A stretch of 64,000 bases of DNA from the human T2T-CHM13v2.0 reference genome, Homo sapiens. The notes under the pieces are model-generated. The model was given only the letters and a program-made list of their open reading frames with translations. It had not been told where the DNA came from and did not search any database. How positions within the stretch are numbered: the first letter of the stretch is position 1; every line of letters starts with the position of its first letter. The translations under genes were made by a program, and so were the position numbers. The stretch is from NCBI RefSeq assembly GCF_009914755.1, contig NC_060927.1; one strand, written 5' to 3'. This document shows, piece by piece, positions 26,901 through 39,060 of this stretch.

Positions 26901-29769
26901 CACGTATACAGTTGTGCATAAGGTTCAGAGAAACACTCCGGCTGGCCATTGCAGCTTGTAGGAAAGTATAGGGCCTGGGAAGAAGAGTATTGAAAAAAGA
27001 AAAAGGTGACACGCTGTTCATATGAGAGATGCAAGAATGAAGCAATAGTGGCATTCCACAAGCCAGGACTGAGACCGTCTCCCAAACAGCCAGATGACTC
27101 TGAACCTCAAACCAACTTGCAGTCACCTTAGAATTTTATTAGCTGCACCAGATGGCTTACATAATATCATTAACTCCTCCACCCTCACTACCTAAAAATG
27201 CTAGAAGATAAAAGGGACGGCTGAGGAAAATCCTGGAATTTTCTTACAGAAACAACATTTACAACAGGTAACTAGCCCATCAGTTTCTCTAGTATTTCTC
27301 AGACATTTCCAGTTAAGTCTCTAGAATGACAAAAGCAAATGATCCTCGGGTCTTGGTGGTGCCATCTTAAGTTTCCCTCTGTAAATGTAAATGATTTTTA
27401 AAGCCTCGTCTAGTACTTTAAAAATTCATGCAAATTTTGCATGTTACTGCATAATATCATTATGCTGCTTTTAATACGTACACACACTTTTAATTCTCCC
27501 AAATACTGAAGCAAAAATGATGTGCCACAAATGTGCCTCCATTATTAGCCTGTGACTTTGGGAATGCCCTTGTCCACAGCTTTGCATGCAGGGTTGAACT
27601 CATTAACTAAGTTGAGAACCATGAAATTAATCAGAAATGGACTAGGGAAGTTTTTCCTTAGAGCAGAAGACTAGAGTCATGACCTCTAAAAATCACTCTT
27701 CGTTCCTACAAATTCTAAAATAAGTGGTAATAATAACATTAATATTAAAATCACACTAAGTGGATTTTAAATTCATTCTCTCACACGAGAGGCAGTTACT
27801 ATGGTACATAGTATGAGAGAGGTATCAATTTAAAGATAAAGATGAGGATACAAACACAGAAAGTTAAAGTATCTTTCAAAGCACCATAATTTGAAGCCAG
27901 ACAGTTCTAGTCCAAGCCAAACTACTATTGTCCTCTCTGCTACATATTAGCAGCAAACTCATCTTACTACTCTTGCTGATGGCTTATATTTGGTGATAAT
28001 CAAGAACAATACTGAAAAGCATGCTTCAAAAATAGAAAAAAAGCTTCATCTTCCCCAAACATAATTTTATTTAACTGAAAAATATCAGTGTGCAAATTGA
28101 ACATTTTTGGTACATAAAGTCAAGTGTTACTAATTAAGTAAATGAGTGATGAATCATAATATCAACCCAGTCATTAAACAAAATTATAATGAAATTACAT
28201 TTACCAACTAGTTTACAGTACAGAAAATATAATGAGCCAACTTTAAAGAAAGCTTCCAATAATTTTATTAAGGCCTTCCAATAATTTTATTTAGTTAAGG
28301 ATTCTGTTGTATTATCTTAAAAGATTAATACAAATAGAAAATGGAAGAGTAAACTGTGCAATGACTTCTGTCCCTCTCAACCTTTCTCTAGAGTCACATC
28401 TTTTAAGCAACATGAGACATGATTTAATTCACCCAAGAGAGGTCACCTTGCTTGCCGGGCAGGTGCCTTCTGTTTAAATTCAGTTTACTCAATCAAATGT
28501 ACCACGGAATAGAAAATGGGGCATATTCCTGTCCTGAAATTCTTCCTATGTTAACTAAAATCACCTTACTTTTGTAGCAAATGAGCCATGAGATACGGTG
28601 CCAGAAATTGATTTGGAAGAGTAAGTACACAGTCTGAAAACAGTGTCTGTATGTTTTGTAATAAAAAGGCTCTGGATGGCCCTAGATGCCAAAGAGAGGC
28701 TATAAAAGGACAAAGGAATGCAAACAGGGGCAGAACTATACAAAAAGATTAAATGCATCACCACTAAAAGCGATACTTACTCTTCTATAAACATATACAT
28801 TTACTGATTGCTAATTTTTATCTGACGAGTGGTTTTGAGGTGGCCTCAGTGCAATGTCATCTCCCCTGAGCTTGTGTCTTGGACCTAGCTAGAGTAGATC
28901 ATTACTCCCCAATACAGCTCCCATTATTTTCTTCCTAGCACTTTAAAAAGGCTCTAATTATTTTCTCTTTAGTTTTCCACTTGCTAATTGCCTATGTTCC
29001 CTTTGTCATTACCAGTGCCTAGCTCAGTGTCTGGCCCATAGTGAGAAGATACTATAATATATTTACCGAACGAATGAACAAAGCTGCGAGTGGCAAACAG
29101 GATGGGGCATTCTTTTGAGTTCATTTATACAAATCAGATTCTATTTCATTTTATTAAATACTTTTATTTACTCATTGTCTTCTGAAATTACTCTGGGTTC
29201 TCATTAATAAGGAGAAACTGATTCTATCTTCAGGAAGGAGGGGAAAAAACACTTTCAGTCACTTGTTCCAAAGGTCTTTCAAAATAATGTTGTAGTATAA
29301 TTTGGTTTGAAAGCAAGGTCCAACATTTTATTACCTCCAAATTTATTCAGAAAAGCTGAAGGCCCGTGATAAGGCTCATTAAGTCGCTGAAAGGCCTGTC
29401 TTCACGTGCCTTTCACACAAAAGGTCTCAACTTAATGCCAGGTAATTACTGTTCATTTTCCCCTGGTTATCTCTATTTCCTGAAGATTCCCAGAGTAGTT
29501 GGCCTCAGTGGACACTACCCGCAGTCTGAGATGTGAGCAGAGCAAGAAGGACCCATGTTCACTGGAGGATCTTTTTGGAGCTGTAAGTAACGAAAGACAA
29601 TCCTAACACTGGGGTCTAGAATTTAAACTTAGATCATCTACAAGTTACCCTCTATCCAGAATTAAAGCCAAGAGGGAAAAGTTTCTGGCATACAAACTGG
29701 TTTGTATTTCCATTTCAAAGACATCATTTTTCATAGCACCTGGACCTCATTCCACACCTGTAGGGTTAC

Positions 29770-29990
29770 AGATGTGGGCCCTGGCTCCAGATTACCTGGG
29801 CTCAACCCTCAACTTCATCACTTTCCACTTTGTAACTTTGAGCATGTAACTTAGATTGTCAGTGTGTCAGTTCCCTTATTTGTGAAATAGGGCTCATTGT
29901 ACCTACTGGAGTGTTGTTGTAAGAATTGAATGTAAAGTAGAAGGAACTTTATCTCACACATGGTAAGTTCTCCATAAAGTTATTTATTTA
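29770..29990 (+). mobile_element. MIR
   Basis: CCAGATTACCTGGGCTCAA...TCAGTTCCCTTATTTGTGAAATAGGG. Confidence 0.75.
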
Positions 29991-30370
29991 TTAATATTAA
30001 TTAGCATTATCATGATCGTCTCTGATATCCCATTTGCAAGCAGGACTTATCCCTGTTATTTATAACTTTGATCCTAGTCCCACTGGACCCATCATGGCAT
30101 TGAGGGAGATCAAATTTCACTATTTGTGAAACAAGCCAACAGAAGGTGAATGATGATCAGGGAAGACATTTTACTGGGCACCATCATTTCAGTTTTGCAC
30201 GGAAGAGTGGTATAGCCCCTTAGAGGTCACTGAAGTCACCATCCCCAAGCATACACCTGTTTTTATATTTAATCAATTGATGGCTGCAATTTACTAATCT
30301 GCACTGCAGTGATCCTACAATAGCCTTCCCTCACAGTGGGCTCTCCTCACTTCAGCCAGGTCATTCATAA

Positions 30371-30691
<321 letters not shown>

Positions 30692-31215
30692 TGTTATAGT
30701 TAATTTTACTGTCAACTTGACTGAGCTAAGAGATTCCCAGGTAGCTGGTAAAACATTGCTTCTGGGTGTGTCTGTGAAACACCCTGTGAGGGTGTTTTTG
30801 GAAGAGATTAGTATTTGAACCTCAGTAGATTGAGTAAAGATAACTGTCCTCACAAATGCATGTGGCCATCATCCAATCCACTGAGGGCGCAAATAAAACA
30901 AAAGGCAGAGGAAGGGTGAATTTGCTCTCTCTTATGGAGCAGGGACATCAGCCTTCTCCCGCCCTTGGGCTGGGACTTACACCTTCAGTTCTCTGGTTTT
31001 CAGGCTTTCAGACTTTAACTAGAACTCACATCATCAGGTCTCCTGGTTTTCAGCCCTTCAGACTCAGGCTGAGACTATACCGCCAGCTTTTCTGAATCTC
31101 CAGCTTGCAGACGGCAGATCATGGGACTTCTCCATCTCCATAATCAAATGAGTTAATTCCTCATAATAAATCTCTTTTTATTGATTCTTTTTCTCTGGAT
31201 AACCTTGATTAACAC
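30692..31215 (+). mobile_element. MLT2 (ERVL) solo LTR
   Basis: GTCAACTTGACTGAGCTAAG...GCTGGTAAAACATT...CTTGCAGACGGCAGATCATGGGACTTCTC...CTCTGGATAACCTTGATTAACACA. Confidence 0.9.
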
Positions 31216-31244
31216 AACCTCTGAGTTACAAGAGATAATTAAAT

Positions 31245-31500
31245 ATAGCAGCTGAGAGCATGAGCTCAAAACTTGAATGACCTGGGTTCAATTCTTCACT
31301 GTCACTAGTGAACCAGGGCATGTTACTTTATACACTAAGGCTAAGTTCACCATCTAGATATAGGGTTAATAGAGTGGTAACAAATCCAAAGGACTAAGGA
31401 CTATGATAAGGATTATATAAGATCACTATGGGTGACTCTGTAAAACTCTTAGCATGTTGTCACTTATATAACAAACATTCAATAAACATTAGCTACTATA
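31245..31500 (+). mobile_element. MIR
   Basis: GACCTGGGTTCAATTC...TTCAATAAACATTAGCTACTA. Confidence 0.7.
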
Positions 31501-31825
31501 TTTAGACATGTCTTGGGCATGTATGTTCCAGAAATCTTTTTATATTAGATGGTCACTACAGAAAGGCAATCTATATGCCAAGCTTTTCAATGAAGCAAAC
31601 ATTATATTTGAATACTGAGTCTTAACCTCAAAAGGTTACAGAACAATTTTCATTCAAGAACAAATCAGAAATCACAGGTGGGAGTGTACATCATCCCTTG
31701 GCAGTCTCAGCAAGCTAACCCTACCTAAAGTGTCAGAAGACTTTTCTCGTTTACAGAAATGCCTTTAGAAATCCCCAACCAACCACTGGTAGGTCCCCAA
31801 GCTTCAGTCTTCAAAGGTGGCACTT

Positions 31826-34701
31826 GTGCAGGCTAAAAAATCCAAAAACCAGAATGTCTCTTCTCCTCCAAAGGATCACAACTCCTCCCCAGCAAGGGAA
31901 CAAAACTGGACCAAGAATGAGTTTGACGAATTGACAGAAGTAGGCTTCAGAAGGTGGGTAATGACAAACTCCTCTGAGCTAAAGGAGCATGTTCTAATCC
32001 AATGCAAGGAAGCTAAGAAACTTGAAAAAAGGTTAGAGGAATTGCTAACTAGAATAACCAGTTTAGAGAAAAACATAAATGACCTGATGGAGCTGAAAAA
32101 CACAGCATGAGAACTTCGTAAAGCATACACAAGTATCATAGTCAAATCAATCAAGCAGAAGAAAGGGTATCAGAGATTGAAGATCAACTTAATGAAATAA
32201 AGTGTGAAGACAAGATTAGAGAAAAAAGAATGAAAAGGGAGGAACAAAGCCTCCAAGGAATATGGAACTATGTGAAAAGACCAAACCTACAACTGATTGG
32301 TGTACCTGAAAGTGACAGGAGAATGGAACCAAGTTGAAAAACACTCTTCAGGATATTATCCAGGAGAACTTCCTCAACCTAGCAAGGCAGGCCAACATTC
32401 AAATTCAGGAAATACAGAGAACGCCACAAATATATTCCTCGAGAAGAGCAAACCCAAGACACATAATCGTCAGATTCACCAAAGTTGAAATGAAAGAAAA
32501 ATGTTAAGGGCAGTCAGAGAGAAAGGTCGGGTTATCCACAAAGGGAAGCCCATCAGACCAACAGCAGATCTCTCTGCAGAAACCCTACAAGCCAGAAGAG
32601 AATGGGGGCCAACATTTAACATTCTTAAAGAATTTTCTACCCAGAATTTCATATCCAGCCAAACTATGTTTCATAAGCACAGGAGAAATAAAATCCTTTA
32701 TGGACAAGCAAATGCTGAGAAATGTTGTCACCACCAGGCCTACCTTACAAGAGCTCCTGAAGGAAGCACTAAATATGGAAAGGAAAAACTGTTACCAGGA
32801 GCTACTGCAAAAACATACCAAATTGTAAAGACCATTGACACTATGAAGAATCCGCATCAACTAACGGGCAAAATAACCAGCTTGCATCATAAAGACAGGA
32901 TCAAATTCACACACAACAATATTAAACTTAACTGTAAACAGGCTAAATGCCACAATTAAAAGACACAGACTGGCAAATTGGAAAAACAGTTAAGACTCAG
33001 AGGTGTGAGACCCATCTCACATGCAAAGAGACACATAGGCTCAAAATAAACGTATGGAGGAATATTTACCAAGCAAATGGAAAGCAAAAAAAAGCAGGGG
33101 TTGCAATCCTAGTCTCTGATAAAACAGACTTTAAACCAACAAAGATTAAAAAAGACAAAGAAGGGCATTACATAATGGTAAAGGGATCGATGCAACAAGA
33201 AAAGCTAACTATGACACTGACCAAGACAATCCTAAGCCAAAAGAACAAAGCTGGAGGCATCACGCTACCTGACTTCAAACTATACTACAAGGCTACAGTA
33301 ACCAAAACAGCATGGTACTGGTACCAAAACAGAGATATAGACCAATGGAACAGAACAGAGCCCTCAGAAATAATACCACACATCTACAACCATCAGATCT
33401 TTGACAACCCTGACAAAAACAAGCAATGGGGAAAGGATTCTCTATTTAATAAATGGTGTTGGAAAAACTGGCTAGCCATATGCAGCAAACTGAAACTGGA
33501 CCCCTTCCTTACACCTTATACAAAAATTAACTCAAGATGGATTACAGACTTAAATGTTAGACCTAAAACCATAGAAACCCTAGAAGAAAACCTAGGCAAT
33601 ACCATTCAGGACATAAACATGGGCAAAGACTTCATGACTAAAACACTAAAAGCAATGGCAACAAAAGCCAAAATTGACAATTGGGATCCAATTAAACTAA
33701 AGAGCTTCTGCACAGCAAAAGAAACTACGATCAGAGTGAACAGGCAACCTACAGAATGGGAGAAAGTTTTTGCAATCTATCCATCTGACAATGGGCTAAT
33801 ATCCAGAATCTACAAAGAACTTAAACAAATTTACAAGAAGAAAACAACCCCATCAAAAAGTGGGCGAAGGATATGAACAGTCACTTCTCAAAAGAAGACA
33901 TTTATGTGGACAACAAACATATGAAAAAAAACCTCATCATCACTCGTCATTAGAAAAATGCAAACCAAAACCACAATGAGATACCATCTCACACCAGTTA
34001 GAATGGCTATCATTAAAAAGTCAGGAAACAACAAATGCTGGAGAGGATGTGGAGAAATAGGAATGCTTTTACACTGTTCGTGGGAGTGTAAATTAGTTCA
34101 ACCATTGTGGAAGACAGTGTGGCGATTCCTCAAGGATCTAGAACCAGAAATACCATCTGACCCAGCAATCCCATTACTGGGTATATACCCAAAGGATTAT
34201 AAATCATTCTACTATAAAGACATATGCACATGTATGTTCATTGCAGCTGTTCACAATAGCAAGACTTGGAACCAACCCAAACGCCCATTAATGATAGACT
34301 GGATAAAGAAAATGTGGCACATATACACCATGGAATACGATGCAGCCATAAAAAAGGATGAGTTTATGTCCTTTGCAGGGACATGGATGAAGCTAAAAAC
34401 CATCATTCTCAGCAAACTAACACAGGAACAGAAAACCAAACACTGCAAATTTTCACTCATAAGTGGGAATTGAACAATGAGAACACATGGACACAGGGAG
34501 GGGAACATCACACACTGGGGCCTTTCAGTGGCTGGGGCGCTAGGGTAAGGATAGCATTAGGAGAAATACCTAATGTAGATGACAGGTTGATGGGTGCAGC
34601 AAACCACCATGGCACTTGTATACCTATGTAACAAACCTGCACATTCTGCACATGTATCCCAGAGCTTAAAGTATAATAAAAAAAAAAGGAGAAGAACAAA
34701 A
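31826..34701 (+). mobile_element. L1PA7-like element, 5'-truncated at ORF1 start, about 2.2 kb internal ORF2 deletion, TSD-flanked
   Basis: ORF1 peptides (SSPAREQNWTKNEFDEL, GKPIRPTADLSAETLQARREW), ORF2 pieces, 3'UTR, poly(A); TSD AAAGGTGGCA at 31813-31822 and 34702-34711. Confidence 0.93.
32947..33876 (+). pseudogene. Fused L1 ORF2 remnant (half EN joined in frame to post-RT region)
   Basis: ...[44 protein letters not shown]...; native ORF2 ATG mutated to AAG at 32892. Confidence 0.9.
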
Positions 34702-34890
34702 AAAGGTGGCATTTTTTCAAAAATTGTATTAAGTGATAAGATGTTAACATAAAAATTATTAAGATGACCAAAATACATTAGAAGAAGCAGAAATCAAAGG
34801 TAGGCATGCAGTAGGGTCTCTTTAACCTACTTCTTCTTGTTCTATCCCCCACATTATGCTTGCTCTCTTAATGGCAACATTTACTCCCTT

Positions 34891-35075
34891 AGTGTAGTAA
34901 TAAATGTTCAGCAACTGGGTGGTGGGGGTGTTCTAATTGTAGTGTTTGCCAATTTTCATGGTGTAAATACATACTCTCACCATGGCTGGCTTCAAGATAC
35001 CAACATGATATCACTGAAAAGGGAGTTGGGAAGAGAAGCTTATAATCAGCTCTTACAAATACGTACAACATGGAT
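34891..35075 (-). mobile_element. MER63A-like (hAT-Blackjack) copy 1
   Basis: TAAATGTTCAGCAAC...CATGGTGTAAATAC...TACCAACATGATATCACTGA...GAGTTGGGAAGAGA. Confidence 0.8.
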
Positions 35076-35575
35076 ACTCTTGAGCCCAGGAAAAGAAAAG
35101 GTATGTGAATAACATAGTATCAAAAGCATCTAGTCTCTTCTTGAGCCATCAGCCCATTCTTGTCAGGTTCACTATTGGGAGCATGGAGAAATATATGAAC
35201 TGAAAGCAAAAGTTATGAAGGCAGGGGATAGAAAATAGTATCATTACCACTGAAGAGAAAGAATTGTATTTTTTCCTGTACGATAGGCAACATGGCACAC
35301 AGACATAACAAGTCTGGGTTGAGGACGGCTATTAGAGCAAAACGTGTTTTAGAATCAGAATTTTATATTTTAAAACCAATTGGCATGATTCTTGCATATG
35401 TATCATGAGTGTATGATTGCCTATGCATGAGTTCAGTATTAAGAAATAGCCAAAACTCTCTGTGGTGTAGGACTTCCATCACACCAACCAGGCAGAGAGG
35501 CTTTCTTTGAATGCCCGAACTCTGCTCATTCTCCATCATCCTCCATTAACGGAGGGCAGTTAATGCACATATCTG

Positions 35576-35785
35576 CCTGTGTGGTGGTAAATGCTTAACA
35601 ACGGCTGGTGGTGGGATGGGGGTGTTCTAATTGTAGTGTTTGTCAGTTTTCATGGTGTAAATATTAATACATATTCTCATGGTGGCTGGTTTCAGGCTAC
35701 CAACATGATATCACTGATTAGGGAGTTGGGAAGAGAAGCTTATAATCAGCTCTTAAAAATAAGTACAAGCTAGCTCCAAAAATGT
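35576..35785 (-). mobile_element. MER63A-like copy 2
   Basis: GTGGTAAATGCTTAACAACGGCT...same core as copy 1...GCTAGCTCCA. Confidence 0.8.
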
Positions 35786-37334
35786 CTATACTATGTTTCC
35801 AAGAGATGAAAACCTCATGGACAAATACTCTTTCGCGATATATATGGTTGCTGTAAAGTAATTTTTATATGGTTCATTGTGAGAGTTTAAGTATTACTTC
35901 TTTTAAGTACTAGAAATGGAAATATAATCTCTAATCCCTTTTCTAACTGAATGAAATGTTAACTTCGATCATCCATCTGTGCAGTTACTCTTCTAGTAAA
36001 TGTGATTTTTTAAACTTTCTCTCCTCTTTTCAGGGCTACATCTGCTAGTGTTTTCCATTTGCCAGCTCCCAACATGTCCCCAATTACTTCTTTTTTATTT
36101 TATAGCCTCCATGCTGATGTTTCATCAGTTACAACTGCTGGGTTCCACTGAGCATTAACAGTCTGCAGTGCCTCTAGGAGGTTACATAATTCACTAAGTA
36201 TACCAAATCATTTTTTCTCCAAAGAATATTATTTAATGTAAATACAGTGTGAGGTTAATGTAGTACAAAAGAAAGGTTTTTCCCTTAGAATCATCAAAAA
36301 ACTGAAAAAAATGATTCACGGAAGAATGGTTTACACGCAGGAACAAGAAATCACTTGTATTTAAGGATTATTTCAACTGGCACTTTTTTACTAAACACAA
36401 AGCAAAAAATTAATACATTTGAGTACATGAACAAGTTTGTGTTTTACCTATTGAATCAAAATATTTTTACCACAAGAGAAGGAAGCTAAAACTACCTTAT
36501 GTTAGGCATATGCATACTTGAAAACTTATGATAGAATAGATATTTGAAATCATTTTAGTCAATAGCAAAGCAAAAGGAAGGATCAAGAAAAAGTTCTTTG
36601 TTTTGTTTTTAACTCAATTTTTCTTATAAATACCTAATTGTTCTCCATAAAAAGTTCATAAATAACCTGATGGATGATCTGAAAATTTCCAGGCAGGTAT
36701 CAGGAACTCTCTAGAAGTAAATGTCCCAGAAACTTTGCAAATCAAATCACTCAATTCTTAATAGATGGCTTAAAACTGGGTATTACATTGCAAAGTTTTA
36801 TGAAAATCATCTGGCAAACAACTGTCTTTTCTTCAAGATGTAAACAATGAAACAATTAGGTTTAAACTGTCTAAAACTATGTGCTCAAGTGTCCCCTTTT
36901 ACATCAGAGTCTAAGTGGGACAATGATGGAGCAGTTAGAATTTTCTCAGGTAGTCAGATGGGGAAACAGGAAAAGGATGGGAGGAGGAGTAATCATTCAA
37001 GGAAATTTTTTTAAATGACAGTATCAATATTGAATATTTCTGGAGTATCAATCATTATAGTATGCCCTTGACATATAGAATCTTCTCCAGTCCATATACA
37101 CTGTGAAGTAGGTATTACCTATCCAATTTTATAGATAGGTAACAGGATGGTGAGTTGCTGCTCAGGGTATTAAGTAAGTGACCAAGATCCAGTGCTTAGC
37201 TAAGTCTTGTCTTCAACAGTGTGGAGCTGGGGCTGGGTTGGGACCTCTGTGGTCCAAAGCCCCAGCCACTTGACTTCATACTGCAGCTTCTGGTTGGTAT
37301 CTATGGCATCTATGAGTCTGACAGCTATATTTTC

Positions 37335-38470
37335 ACTCATTTTCAGTCAAATATTTATCAGGCATCTACTTGAGCCAGACACCATCCTAGGCAGCAGGGC
37401 CCAATAGGAAACAAGACAGAAAACAAAAGTAAAAAAAAAACTTGTCTTCATGCCTTTGGGGTCTTCTTTGTAGTTGAGAGAGAAAGACAATTGTATTAGT
37501 CCATTTTCATACTGCTATAAATAAATGCCTGACACTGGGTAATTTATAAAGAAAAGAGGTTTAATTGACTCACAGTTCCACATGGTTGGGGAGGCCTCAG
37601 GAAAATTACAGTCATGGCGGAAGGGGAAGAGGCACATCTTACATGGTGGCAGGCTAGAGAGAGCAGGTAAGGGCAGGGAAAACTGCCTTATAAAACCATC
37701 AGATCTTGTGAGAACTCACTCCCTATCAGGAAAATGGCATGGGGGAACCACTCCCATGATCCAATCCCCTCCCAACTGGTATCTCCCTCAACACATGGGG
37801 ATTATAAGGATTACAATTCAAGATCAGATTTAGGTGGGAACACAGAGCCGAACCATATCAACAATAAAACAAAATAAACTAGTAAAGTATTTAGCATGTT
37901 AGCTGGTGATAGGTGCTGTAGAGAAAACAAAGCCCGGAAGGAGCGTGGGGAGAGTACCAGGGTGGGTGGTGGAGGAGGTTCCAACTTGAATGGTGTGGGC
38001 CTCATGGAAATCTTATAAAAACCCCAAGAAGATGAGAGAGCAAGCCCTACTGTACAAGTTCCTGGAAGTAAAGCACATAGGGCTGAGGGAAACGAAGGGC
38101 AGAGCAACCCTAAAAGGCTAGAAGAAAAGTAGAGAGCCTGGAGTGGAATGACCAAGAAAAAAGCAGGAGGAAGGGAGGTCAGAGAACCACAAGCGCGGTG
38201 GCAGATGATGCAGGGCCTTGTAAGCCACCATCATAGTTGCCATCTCTTCTCCAAGGCAAGTGAGCAGGTTGTGAACCAAGGAGGGATCTCTCCCCAACTT
38301 ACGCTGTAACAGAATCATTTGACTTCGGTACTGAGAATCAACCAAAAGATGTGAAGAAAGACCCCTTATGAGCCTGCCACAATAATCCAAGTGACAGGTG
38401 ACAGTAGCTTGGGCCCAAGCCATAGTGGTGGAGGTGATGAGGCATGGTTGGATGCTGGATGTAAGACTAG
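37335..38470 (-). mobile_element. L2a fragment, split by THE1 LTR
   Basis: CAAATATTTATCAGGCATCTACT...GGAGGTCAGAGA...ATAATCCAAGTGACAGGTGACAGTAGCTTGG. Confidence 0.75.
37492..37860 (-). mobile_element. THE1 (THE1D-like, ERVL-MaLR) solo LTR
   Basis: TGTATTAGTCCATTTTCATACTGCTATAAA...GAGCCGAACCATATCA; perfect 5-bp TSD ACAAT. Confidence 0.93.
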
Positions 38471-38760
38471 ACACTGCCATGGCTATGCAGTTTGTTCTGC
38501 CACTCAGTTGTTTGGCATGACACAAACTCACAGGAGGAATTTTATATAAAAGATCGATACAGGTGAGATAAGATCTCCAATTCTTAAACAGCAAAGAAAA
38601 TCAAATGTTAATTGGCAAATAAAATGCCAAGAAGATGTGCTTGAAATAATTAAAATAGGCAAGGGATTGATCACCTAAAAATAGAAGCAGAAAACAAACC
38701 CCCCCTGACAGTTTTCATCTCTCACAGTTAAATATTAAGCTTTCCTCTTAAGAGTAACTT

Positions 38761-39060
38761 GGCCAGGTGTGATGGCTCACACCTGTAATCCCAGCACTTT
38801 GGGAGGCCGAGGTGGGTAGATCACCTGAGGTCAGGAGTTCGAGACCAGCCTGACCAATATGGTGAAACCCCATCTCTACTAAAGATACAAAAAATATTTT
38901 TTTTTGTATTACAGGGTGTGGCCTGTAATCCCAGATACTCAGGAGGCTGAGACAGGAGAATCACTTGAAACCAGGAGGCGGAGACTGCAGTGAGTCGAGA
39001 TCATGCCACTGCACTCCAGTCTGGGCAACAGAGCAAGACTCTGTCTGAAAAAAAAAGAAG
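38761..39060 (+). mobile_element. AluS with rearranged central linker
   Basis: Dimeric Alu; right-arm start replaced by inverted sequence (see findings). Confidence 0.95.

Noticed and set aside
26400-27126. Overlapping 213, 146 and 124 aa ORFs on minus
   Set aside because: Lie largely over a pyrimidine-rich L2 relic; L/S/P/F-biased, no domain, no splice structure
38118-38594. 158 aa ORF
   Set aside because: Falls in an L2 fragment; chance open frame in decayed LINE sequence
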